From an uncultured Gemmatimonadaceae bacterium (GTDB lineage: Bacteria; Gemmatimonadota; Gemmatimonadetes; Gemmatimonadales; Gemmatimonadaceae): a stretch of 64,000 bases of DNA. The notes under the pieces are model-generated. The model did not search any database. It was not told the origin of the DNA and saw only the letters and a list, made by a program, of their open reading frames with translations. Of the stretch, positions 19,276 through 28,014 are shown piece after piece. The first letter of the stretch is position 1; every line of letters begins with the position of its first letter. A program made the translations under genes and the position numbers. The stretch is from the NCBI GenBank assembly GCA_963822945.1, contig CAWGJO010000026.1:64001-128000 (forward strand), written 5' to 3'.

Positions 19276-22200
19276 TACTGCTTCTCGCTCCACCACCACA
19301 ACGTCGGCGCCGCCTTGGTCCGCGGCCAGATCTCGTTCAGCGTGTTCCCGTCGTAGAGGCGGCCGTTCTTCATCACGTACTTGATGGTGTTCGTGTTCTT
19401 GATGTCGTCCAACGGGTTCTTGTCGAGCACCTGCAGGTCGGCGAGCTTGCCCGGTTCCAGCGAACCGAGATCCTTCTCGAGCCCGATGGCCTCGGCGCCG
19501 AAGATCGTGGCCACGCGCAGCACGTCCATGCGGGGCATGCCGCCCGACGCGATGTTCCAGATCTCCCACTGCGCGCCCAGCCCCTGCAACTGGCCGTGGC
19601 TGCCCATCCCCACGCGCCCGCCCGCCGCCACCACCTTGGCCGCCTGGGCGGCGAAGAGCGGGAACGACCACTGCGTGGGCGCCCACCAGCCGGGCCGGCG
19701 CGAGGCCTTCTTCTCCACCACGTCGCGCGGCGTGAAGTGGTTCAGCTTGGGGTCGTCGAGCACGTCGGTGTGCTCGTACCAGTAGTTCTCGGCCCACGGC
19801 CCGCCGTACTGCACGATCAGCGTCGGCGTCCAGGTGATGCCCGCCGCGGCATACAACTCGATCACGTCCTTGTAGAGCGGCGCGATGGGGAGGGTGTGTT
19901 CGCTGCCGGAGTAGCCGTCCATCGCTTCGGTGAGATTCTTCTTGAAGTCGAGGCCGCCCTCGAGCGTCGGCATGAGATGCTGCTCGCGGGCCGCCATCTC
20001 CACGAACTGCCGCACGCGCCGGTCGCCCGTCATGTACTGCTTGATGGTGTTCGTCTGGTAGTACTTGGAATAGCGCGACAGCACGAGTTGGGCATCGGCC
20101 AGCGACTTGATGTTCTCGGCCGCGAACACGCCCGGACCCGTGGAGTAGATGCGCGGGCCGATGAACTGCCCGGTGGCCACCATGTCCTCGTACGAGAGCA
20201 CGTCGGTGGCCGAGGTCTGTGGATCGCGCGTCGTGGTGACGCCGTAGGCCAGGTTCACCATGTACTCGAACGGCTGCGAGCGGTGCACGCCGAACGCCGG
20301 CCAGATGTGGGCGTGGATGTCCACGTACCCCGGAATGATCGTCTTGCCCGACACGTCGATTACGCGCGCGCCGCGCGGGATGGCCACCTGGCCGCGCGCG
20401 CCGATGGCGGCGATGCGGTTGTCCTTTACCACGATGTCGCCGTCGGCAATCACCTGATCGCCCTTCATCGTGATGATGCGGGCGCCGCGGAGCACTACCG
20501 TGCCGCGTGGCACGTCGCGGGCCACGGTGATCACCACGTCGTGCTGCGCCGCCTCGTAGGCCGGCTTGTTGGCGGGGCCGCCATCGCCTCCGCGACCGCC
20601 GCGTGCGCCCGCGCCCCCACCGCGTCCGCTCCGCCCATTGCCGCCGCGAGCCGCGGCGATGGAATCGGCGCGCTCCGTGGAATCGGCAATCGCCGTGGCC
20701 GCGGCCGCGACGTCGTACGTGAAGAGCGTGTGGGCGAGCGAGAAGTAGATCGTCTTGCTGTCCGCCGTCCACGTGCCGAATTCCCCACCCACCGTCGTGA
20801 GCCGGTGCACCGGCACGGCCGACGGACCCGTCAGGGTGACTTCGGGGGCGGCGCCCCCCTTCTGCGGCACGGCGTCCACCAGATACGCCTGCACGCCCGA
20901 CTGCACGAGCACCCGGGAGCCGTCGGGTGAGATCAGCATGTTGCTGGCGCCACCACCGCCACCGCCGCCGCGCCGCCCGCTGCTCCGAACGCGCAGGATG
21001 TCCCTGATGTCGGTGCCGTCCCAACGCATCGACGTGAGCTGCCCGCCCTGGAACAGGTAGATGCGCGACGTGTCCGGGCCGAAGTGCGGCTGTCCGAAGC
21101 TGACGAGCGGCGCGATCATCGTGGCCGGTCCACCTGCCGCCGGCATCCATGCCAGCTCCACACCGGTGGCCTCCGCGTTGGGCCGTTCCAGTTCGTCGCG
21201 GTCGCGTCGCATGTCGCGCGGGCCGCGGCCGAACACCAGCCGGCTGCCGTTGGGCGAGTAGGCGAGTTCCTCGTAGTACGCGGACTGCGTCGTGAGCTTC
21301 TGCGGCGCGCCCTGGCCGTCGGCCCGCACGCGATAGATGTCGCCGCCGGTGACGTCGCTCCAGGTCACGTAGGCGATGTAGCGGCCGTCGGGCGACCACG
21401 CCGGCGAGTACTCGCCCACCGTGCTCGAGGCGACCAGCCGGTGCGGGGTGCCGCCGGGCAGATCCATCACCCACACACGGTCCAGCGCCGTGAACGCCAT
21501 GCGCCTGCCGTCGGGCGAGGGCGCCAGATCGCGAATCTGGTGCACCGTGATCGTCGAGTCATCGAACGGATACTGATCCTTGATCGCGCCGGCGATCATC
21601 TCGTCGTAGTCGGCGCTGAACGGGATCATCGTCGCCTGGCCGTCGGGAACGCCCACCCGCCAGAAGTGCCCGAGATACGCGACCACGATGGCCTTGCCGT
21701 CTGGCGTGAAGGCGAACGGCGGCTCGAGGTCGCGAGTGAACCGCGACTCCTGGTCGTCGCGCTGCACGCGGTGCACCAGCCAGTGTTCGTCGCCGCTCGA
21801 CAGGTCGCGGATGCGGAGCGAGGTCACCGAGTCCTCACGCGTGGCGTACACCAGCCACTTGCCGTCGGGGCTCACTTCGGGGCGCATGCCCGAGCCAGGC
21901 GCGTCGGTGCGGATGTAGGTGTGCCCGGTCTCGCGATCGTACACGGCGATCTGCCAGCCGAGCGACGTCTGGTTGTACCCGCCGCCGCCATTGCGCGCCG
22001 CCACGTACATGTAGCGGCCGTCGGGGCCGAAGGCCGGCCCCACGAAGTTGTTGAGGGCGCCGGCGCCTCCGCGCCCGCCGCCGCGTCCGCCGGCGCCGGC
22101 CGAGTCGGTGCCGGTGAGCTGCAGCCCCGTTCCCCCGCCGACGTAATACATGTAGACGTTGTACGCGCCGCCCGAGAAGCTGTTGGACCGCGATGCCACC

Positions 22201-22679
22201 ACGTACCGGCCGTCGGGCGTCCAGGTGGGCGAGACGAAGCTGTGGTCGTTCTCCCTGGTCAGCGCGCGCACGTGACTGCCGTCGGCGTCCATCAGCCAGA
22301 GATTCTCCGATCCGCTCCGGTCGCTCGCGAACACGATCGTCTTGCCGTCGGGCGAGAAGTTGGGCTGTCCGTCGAACGCCTGGCCGCTGGTGAGGCGCGT
22401 GGCCTTGCCGCCCGCGATCGGCATCTTGTAGATGTCGCCCAGGAGGTCGAACACCACCCACTGGCCGTCGTTCGAGACGTCGAGCGACATCCACGTCCCT
22501 TCGGTGGTCGTGAAGCGGAGCGGCTTGGTGGGGCGCTCGGGCAGGTTGTAGCCGGGGCCGCCGCTGGAGTCGGCGGTCGCCTCTCCCTGTTGCGCGGCGG
22601 CCGGGCGGGCACCGGCCAGCAGGACGGCCACGAGCGCGGCGGTGGCGGACGTGATGCGGGAGAGCGGGAGACGACGCAT
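19275..22679 (-). CDS. Secreted amidohydrolase with N-terminal TolB/PD40 beta-propellers
   Basis: Signal peptide; EGTWMSLDVS and repeated SPDG blades; PGYVDIHAH, GVTTTRDP, GSHGQLQG, GSLEPGKLADL, VMKNGRLY. Confidence 0.92.
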   Translation of the reverse strand: MRRLPLSRITSATAALVAVLLAGARPAAAQQGEATADSSGGPGYNLPERPTKPLRFTTTEGTWMSLDVSNDGQWVVFDLLGDIYKMPIAGGKATRLTSGQAFDGQPNFSPDGKTIVFASDRSGSENLWLMDADGSHVRALTRENDHSFVSPTWTPDGRYVVASRSNSFSGGAYNVYMYYVGGGTGLQLTGTDSAGAGGRGGGRGGAGALNNFVGPAFGPDGRYMYVAARNGGGGYNQTSLGWQIAVYDRETGHTYIRTDAPGSGMRPEVSPDGKWLVYATREDSVTSLRIRDLSSGDEHWLVHRVQRDDQESRFTRDLEPPFAFTPDGKAIVVAYLGHFWRVGVPDGQATMIPFSADYDEMIAGAIKDQYPFDDSTITVHQIRDLAPSPDGRRMAFTALDRVWVMDLPGGTPHRLVASSTVGEYSPAWSPDGRYIAYVTWSDVTGGDIYRVRADGQGAPQKLTTQSAYYEELAYSPNGSRLVFGRGPRDMRRDRDELERPNAEATGVELAWMPAAGGPATMIAPLVSFGQPHFGPDTSRIYLFQGGQLTSMRWDGTDIRDILRVRSSGRRGGGGGGGASNMLISPDGSRVLVQSGVQAYLVDAVPQKGGAAPEVTLTGPSAVPVHRLTTVGGEFGTWTADSKTIYFSLAHTLFTYDVAAAATAIADSTERADSIAAARGGNGRSGRGGGAGARGGRGGDGGPANKPAYEAAQHDVVITVARDVPRGTVVLRGARIITMKGDQVIADGDIVVKDNRIAAIGARGQVAIPRGARVIDVSGKTIIPGYVDIHAHIWPAFGVHRSQPFEYMVNLAYGVTTTRDPQTSATDVLSYEDMVATGQFIGPRIYSTGPGVFAAENIKSLADAQLVLSRYSKYYQTNTIKQYMTGDRRVRQFVEMAAREQHLMPTLEGGLDFKKNLTEAMDGYSGSEHTLPIAPLYKDVIELYAAAGITWTPTLIVQYGGPWAENYWYEHTDVLDDPKLNHFTPRDVVEKKASRRPGWWAPTQWSFPLFAAQAAKVVAAGGRVGMGSHGQLQGLGAQWEIWNIASGGMPRMDVLRVATIFGAEAIGLEKDLGSLEPGKLADLQVLDKNPLDDIKNTNTIKYVMKNGRLYDGNTLNEIWPRTKAAPTLWWWSEKQ

Positions 22680-22959
22680 GCTTCGCCTCGATGTTGAGGG
22701 GGCGGGGGAGGAGGGGTGGGGGTCGATCGACGCCGTCGACGGGAAATCGGCGGCGCGTCGGGTGCAGCAAACTGCGGCCTGGCGGGCGGTGCGGCAAGGC
22801 TCCCGGCCGGTATTCGGGACCGGATGCCGCACCGGCAGCGGGCGCCCCGCGGGCGTGCAATCGCACCGGCCGCAGGGGAATCCCTATGGACGGTGCCGGC
22901 ACCGGTTCCTACTATCGAGCGAACGCGGTTCGCCGAGCGCATCAGGAGGTGAGATGTTC

Positions 22960-24255
22960 ATGCTCGTGGGAGTGCTCCCGGAAGCAACGCCGGCGCTGGA
23001 TGCGGCCGCGCGGCTGAGTATCGCCGCGCTCGTCGGGCTGGCCGTCGGCACGGAGCGGGAGTGGTCCGGCCACGCCTCCGGTCCGCATGCGCGCTTTGCC
23101 GGGATGCGCACCTTTCTCCTGCTCGGTCTGCTCGGCGGGAGCGCGGGCCTCTGCTTCCTGTGGGGCTACACCGTGGCCGGCGGCGTGTTGTTGGCCGCGG
23201 GCGCGGCGTTCGTCGCCGTGGCCTATGCCATGGCGGTGCGCCGTCCCGATTCGGATCTCGACGGCACCACCGAAGGTGCGGCCCTCGTGGTTCTGGCCCT
23301 CGGCGTGCTCTCCGGGCTGGGGCAGATGGGGCTGGCCGCCGGTGCGGTGGCCGTGGTGCTCCTGGTCCTCGGCGAGAAGGAGCGGCTGCACTGGGTGGTG
23401 CGCAAGATCGGCGAACGGGAGATGCGCGCCACGCTCCAGTTCGCGGTGCTGGCGCTCGTCGTGCTGCCGCTGCTCCCGGCCGGACCCTTCGGCCCGTTGG
23501 GCGGCATCCGTCCGCGTGCGCTGTGGGCCATCGTGCTCTTCTTCGCCGGCCTCAACTTCGCCGGACATATCACGCGGCATGCCGTGGGGCCCAACCGGGG
23601 CTACGGCGTCACCGGCCTGCTCGGAGGGCTGGTGTCGTCCACCGCGGTCACGCTGCAGTTCTCACGGCTGAGCCAGGGCGACGACGAGTTGAGCCGGCCG
23701 CTCGCGTTGGGGGTGATCGGGGCCTGCACGGTGCTCGTGGCCCGTGTGTTCGCGGCGGCGACCGTGCTGAACCTCGACGTGGCCCGCGAACTCCTGCTGT
23801 ACCTGCTGCCCTCGGCGGTGGTGGGCGCGGTATTGGTGACGCGCGCGCTGCGCCATCCCTGGCCGGCCGCGTCGGCCGAAGCCAGGCCCGATCTTCAGAG
23901 CCCGCTGCGCCTCTGGTCGGCCATTCAGCTTGCATTGGCGTTCCAACTGGCGATGATGCTGCTGGCGCTGGCCCAGCAGCTCTGGGGGAAGGCCGGTGTG
24001 CTCACGTCGGCGGCCGTGCTCGGACTCACCGACGTCGATGCGCTCACCGTGTCGATGTGCCGGTCGGTGACCGACGGCGCCGCGGCGTCGCTGGCGGCGC
24101 AGGGTATCGCGATCGGCATCCTCTCGAACACCGTCCTCAAGCTGGGGCTGGCGCTCACGCTCGGATCGCCCCGATTCCGGAAGGCGGTGGCGCCGGGCTT
24201 CCTGGGCCTGGGCGCCGCCGTGCTGCTCGGGCTCTGGCTGGGCATCCGGTTCTGA
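22960..24255 (+). CDS. MgtC/SapB family membrane protein with DUF4010 domain
   Basis: AGGAGGT RBS (alternative ATG at 22954); GLAVGTEREW, FAGMRTF, DGTTE, LGGLVSSTAVT, GLTDVDA, SNTVLK. Confidence 0.88.
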   Translation: MLVGVLPEATPALDAAARLSIAALVGLAVGTEREWSGHASGPHARFAGMRTFLLLGLLGGSAGLCFLWGYTVAGGVLLAAGAAFVAVAYAMAVRRPDSDLDGTTEGAALVVLALGVLSGLGQMGLAAGAVAVVLLVLGEKERLHWVVRKIGEREMRATLQFAVLALVVLPLLPAGPFGPLGGIRPRALWAIVLFFAGLNFAGHITRHAVGPNRGYGVTGLLGGLVSSTAVTLQFSRLSQGDDELSRPLALGVIGACTVLVARVFAAATVLNLDVARELLLYLLPSAVVGAVLVTRALRHPWPAASAEARPDLQSPLRLWSAIQLALAFQLAMMLLALAQQLWGKAGVLTSAAVLGLTDVDALTVSMCRSVTDGAAASLAAQGIAIGILSNTVLKLGLALTLGSPRFRKAVAPGFLGLGAAVLLGLWLGIRF

Positions 24256-24381
24256 AGCCCTGGAGAGGGCGGTTGCGGGGCGGCGTCCGACAAATCCCGG
24301 GACTTGTGTCGGGATTCCCTGACGGCATCAGCGGAGACCTCCTTATGGAATGGGCCGCCCGACGGGGCCATCGTTGGGCCC

Positions 24382-25071
24382 ATGAGCATGGGGCTTGCCG
24401 TGACCACTGACGAGAATCCGAGCGGAGCACTTGCGCCGTTCGACACGCCGCACGCCGCGGGGGCCGTCGTACATCCGCGCTGGGAATGGCGGGTCTTCGA
24501 GCGGACCTTCGGCGCGCCACCGGCCGAAGACATCGTGGGCGGGGCGCCGCCCGTCGAGCAGACCTATCTGCTCTCGTTGCTCTCGCCGCACAGCGTGAAG
24601 GTTCGCGATGGGCTGCTGGACATCAAGCGGCTGGAAGGGGTCGACGAGAGCGGCCTCCAACTGTGGCGCCCCGTGCTGACCGCGGAGTTCCCGATCGACG
24701 CCACCGTCCTGGCCGCGGCCTATGCGGCCTGGGGGGTTCCGGCGCCGGCCGCCGACACGCCGCTCCTCTCACTGAGCGACCTGTTGTATCGCGTCGTGGT
24801 GCCGCATCGCCAGCTGCGCATCGTGACGCTCACCAAGCGCCGCATGCCGATCGCCATCGGTCCCTGCCAGGGCGAGCGGGCGCAGTTCACCATCGGACGC
24901 CACCGGTGGAACACGGTGTCGGTGGAGGACGCCGATCGCGGGCGGGTGCTGGCCGCCCTGCACGAGCTCGGCCTCGATCCCGCGGACAACGAGGACTATC
25001 CGCGCACGCTCAAGCGCATTCTGGGACTGCCCGACCACTCGTCGGACCCGCGCGCCCTGCCCACGTTCTGA
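24382..25071 (+). CDS. Hypothetical protein, degenerate CYTH-like domain
   Basis: PRWEWRVF, QTYL, VKVRDGLLDIK, TKRR, TVSVE, DYPRTL follow the order of CYTH-fold basic and acidic motifs; start uncertain. Confidence 0.6.
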   Translation: MSMGLAVTTDENPSGALAPFDTPHAAGAVVHPRWEWRVFERTFGAPPAEDIVGGAPPVEQTYLLSLLSPHSVKVRDGLLDIKRLEGVDESGLQLWRPVLTAEFPIDATVLAAAYAAWGVPAPAADTPLLSLSDLLYRVVVPHRQLRIVTLTKRRMPIAIGPCQGERAQFTIGRHRWNTVSVEDADRGRVLAALHELGLDPADNEDYPRTLKRILGLPDHSSDPRALPTF

Positions 25072-25133
25072 CCGGGACCTCCTGCCGGCCCGGGGCTACA
25101 TTTCCGCTCCTGGCCCACATTCCGGAGGCAGGC

Positions 25134-25613
25134 ATGGCGACCGAAATCGAGCGGAAGTTCCTGGTGCGGCGTGAGGCGTGGCCCGCCGATGCCGTAGCCG
25201 GCGTGCGCTACCGTCAGGGGTACCTGGCCAGCTTTCCGCTGCCCGTGGTCCGGGTGCGCGTGGCCGGCGACCGCGGCTATCTCACGATCAAGGGCCGGAC
25301 GTCGGGCATCGCGCGGGAGGAGTTCGAGTATCCGATTCCGCTGGCCGATGCGGAGCAGATGCTCGACACCCTGTGCGCGACGCCGCTCATCGAGAAGGTG
25401 CGGTACCGGGTGCCGTACGCCGGGTTCACGTGGGAGGTGGACGCGTTCGAAGGCGCGAACGCAGGGTTGCTCCTGGCGGAAGTGGAACTCCCGGCCGCGG
25501 ATGCGCCGGTGAAGCTGCCGCCGTGGGTGGGGCGTGAGGTGTCGGACGACCCGCGCTACTTCAACGCCAACCTCGTCGTGCATCCGTTCGCGGAGTGGGG
25601 CGACCGAGCATAG
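25134..25613 (+). CDS. CYTH domain protein (triphosphate tunnel metalloenzyme)
   Basis: GGAGG RBS; EIERKFLV, RQGYL, VRVR, LTIKG, EFEYPIP, IEKVRY, WEVDAF, AEVEL, DPRYFN. Confidence 0.92.
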   Translation: MATEIERKFLVRREAWPADAVAGVRYRQGYLASFPLPVVRVRVAGDRGYLTIKGRTSGIAREEFEYPIPLADAEQMLDTLCATPLIEKVRYRVPYAGFTWEVDAFEGANAGLLLAEVELPAADAPVKLPPWVGREVSDDPRYFNANLVVHPFAEWGDRA

Positions 25614-25617
25614 CGCA

Positions 25618-27294
25618 CTACCGGTCGCGTGCCCGCCAGGAACCGGCCGCCACGAGCGCCGTGCCCACGGCGCCCCACGCGAGGAACAGGTCGCCGGCGT
25701 AGCGATACCATCCGCCTGCCACGACGAGCAGGCTTCCGCCAATCAGCAGCGCAGCGGCCGCCACCGAACCGGTGAGCCGTTCGATGCCGCGGGTCGCCCG
25801 GCGTTCGGTGCGTTCCAGACCCGGCACGCGCACCTGTCCCAACTCTCCCTCCGAGATGCGGCGGAGCGTGCGGCGCAGATCGCCGGGGGCGCTGTCGGCC
25901 AGTCGCTCCAAGTCGCGGTGCATGCGGCGCGCATGCTCCAGCAGCCGCGTCGGCGCGAACTGGCGCGACGCCACGCGCCGCAGCTCGTCCTGGAACGCCT
26001 CGGCCACGCTCATCGAGGGGTCGAGATCGCGCATCACCGCTTCGGCCAGCAGGAACGCCCGGGTGAGCAGCAGAATCGGCCCCGGATTCCTGATGCGGTG
26101 GCTCGTGCCGAGCCGGAGCAGCGACTGGAGCGCGTCGCCCACCGAGACCTCTGCCAGATCCTGCTCGTGGATGTGGCGGAGGAGCGTGCTGAGGTCCGCT
26201 TCGAGCGCCGGGCGGTCGACGTCGGCGCCCACGAGTCCGACATCGAGGTAGGCGTCGGCCGTGTCGCGGACGTCGCCGCGCACCACGGCGTCGAGCAGCG
26301 CCGTGAGGCTCTCGCGCATCGTCGCGTCGAGTTCACCCACCATGCCGAAGTCGTGCAGGCAGAGCCGCCCGTCCTCGAGCACCGCAATGTTGCCGGGGTG
26401 CGGGTCGGCCTGGAACAGCCCGTTCTCGAAGATCTGGTGCAGGAGCAGCGTCGCGATGCCCCGTGCCAGCCGCGGCCGTTCGTCGGGGTGCGCGGCGGCG
26501 TAGTGGTCCACGCGGACGCCGCGGAAGTACTCCATCGCGATGACGGCGGGACCGCAGGCTTCGGGGACGATGTCGGGCGTCCACACGCCCGGGACATCGC
26601 GCAATTCCTCGCGGAACCGCCGGATGGTGCGCGCCTCGAGGCGGAAGTCCATCTCGCGCTGGAGGCTGAAGCGAAATTCCTGAATCAGCCCCACGAGATC
26701 GAACGTCTGCAGCCGGCGCACGTAGTGTTCGCTCAGCGCGGCGAGGTAGGCGAGGATCGACCCGTCCTCGGCCACGCGGGCTTCGAGGCCGGCCCGGCGC
26801 ACCTTGAGCACGATCTCGCGTCCGTCGCGCAGCCGGGCGCGATGCACCTGGGCGATCGTCGCCGCCGCGATCGGGTCGGGATCGACCCACGCGAACTGAT
26901 CGGACAGCCGGCCCCCGAGATCCTGCTCGACGATGGCCGAGACGTCGGCGAAGGGCATCGGCGGCAGGTCGTCGTGCAGCCGCTCCAGTTCGCGAACGTA
27001 CTCGTCGGGCAGCAGGTCGCGGCGCACCGCGAGCACCTGCCCGAACTTGAGGAACACGATCCCCAACTCCTCGAGCGCCAGGCGCACCTGCACCGGGTCG
27101 GGCCAGTGGCGCCGGCCGCGCATGGCGCCCAGGATGCCGTGCCGTCGCAGCACGCGGAGGATCGCGAACATCCGTGGGGCGCGGCGGGCCACCGCGCGCG
27201 GGCCGAACGCCACCACATGCTGGGGCAGCGCTGGAGTCGCGGCCGGGGCACTCTCGCGCGAAGATGGGGTACTGATCGTTGGCTGACTCGACAT
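25618..27294 (-). CDS. AarF/ABC1/UbiB family atypical kinase
   Basis: LEELGIVFLKFGQ, PIAAATIAQVHRA, VLKVRR, EMDF, FQADPHPGN, DFGMVG; C-terminal TM helices. Confidence 0.9.
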   Translation of the reverse strand: MSSQPTISTPSSRESAPAATPALPQHVVAFGPRAVARRAPRMFAILRVLRRHGILGAMRGRRHWPDPVQVRLALEELGIVFLKFGQVLAVRRDLLPDEYVRELERLHDDLPPMPFADVSAIVEQDLGGRLSDQFAWVDPDPIAAATIAQVHRARLRDGREIVLKVRRAGLEARVAEDGSILAYLAALSEHYVRRLQTFDLVGLIQEFRFSLQREMDFRLEARTIRRFREELRDVPGVWTPDIVPEACGPAVIAMEYFRGVRVDHYAAAHPDERPRLARGIATLLLHQIFENGLFQADPHPGNIAVLEDGRLCLHDFGMVGELDATMRESLTALLDAVVRGDVRDTADAYLDVGLVGADVDRPALEADLSTLLRHIHEQDLAEVSVGDALQSLLRLGTSHRIRNPGPILLLTRAFLLAEAVMRDLDPSMSVAEAFQDELRRVASRQFAPTRLLEHARRMHRDLERLADSAPGDLRRTLRRISEGELGQVRVPGLERTERRATRGIERLTGSVAAAALLIGGSLLVVAGGWYRYAGDLFLAWGAVGTALVAAGSWRARDR

Positions 27295-27540
27295 GGCCGT
27301 TCCCTGCAATGACGGACCCCGCGGCGCTCGGATGGTTCGCGCAGGGGAACCATCACCGTCTACGGGTTCTGCCGTAGGCTAGGGGGCGTTTCGGCGGTAG
27401 TCTGTCCGGAGCCCACCACGGGCGCGTGAGCCTTTTGCTCATTATCCTGTGGGGCGTTTCCTGTTCGGCGGTGTCGCCGCGTCCGATCTCGGCCGCGGCC
27501 ACCGCGGTGTGTGTCCCGCATCCATACCACGGAGAGACCT

Positions 27541-28014
27541 ATGAAATTTCAAACGCTCGGCTTGGCAGCGTCCCTGGTGGCGATCGGCGCCTGGAGTGCG
27601 CCGGTCCATCCGGTACCGGCACGGTCGCAGGCGGTTCACTACGAGGCGCAGCTGAACGCCGCCAGTGAAACGCCGGCCAATACCTCGACCGCGACCGGCA
27701 CGGCCACGTTCGTCCTGAACGGCAACCGGCTGCGCTATACGGTCACCGTGCTCGGCCTCTCGGGTCCGGCCACGATGGCGCACATCCACGTGGGCGCCAA
27801 GGGAGCCTCGGGCCCGCCGGTCTACAGCTTCAAGATCAACAAGGTGGCCGCCGGCACGCTGGCGCAGGGCTACGTCGACCTGAGCAAGGAAGTCAGCAAG
27901 GGAGTTTCGGGCGACTCGCTCAAGACGTTGCTCGCCAATGGCGATGCGTACGTGAACGTGCACACGGCCGCGCACCCCGGCGGAGAGATTCGGGGGCAGA
28001 TCGAGAAGAAGTGA
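27541..28014 (+). CDS. Secreted CHRD domain protein
   Basis: Signal peptide; [36 protein letters not shown]. Confidence 0.92.
   Translation: MKFQTLGLAASLVAIGAWSAPVHPVPARSQAVHYEAQLNAASETPANTSTATGTATFVLNGNRLRYTVTVLGLSGPATMAHIHVGAKGASGPPVYSFKINKVAAGTLAQGYVDLSKEVSKGVSGDSLKTLLANGDAYVNVHTAAHPGGEIRGQIEKK

Noticed and set aside
22764..22782. Sigma-54-like GG...TTGC on the minus strand upstream of the amidohydrolase
   Set aside because: GG-GC spacing is 9 nt, not the required 10
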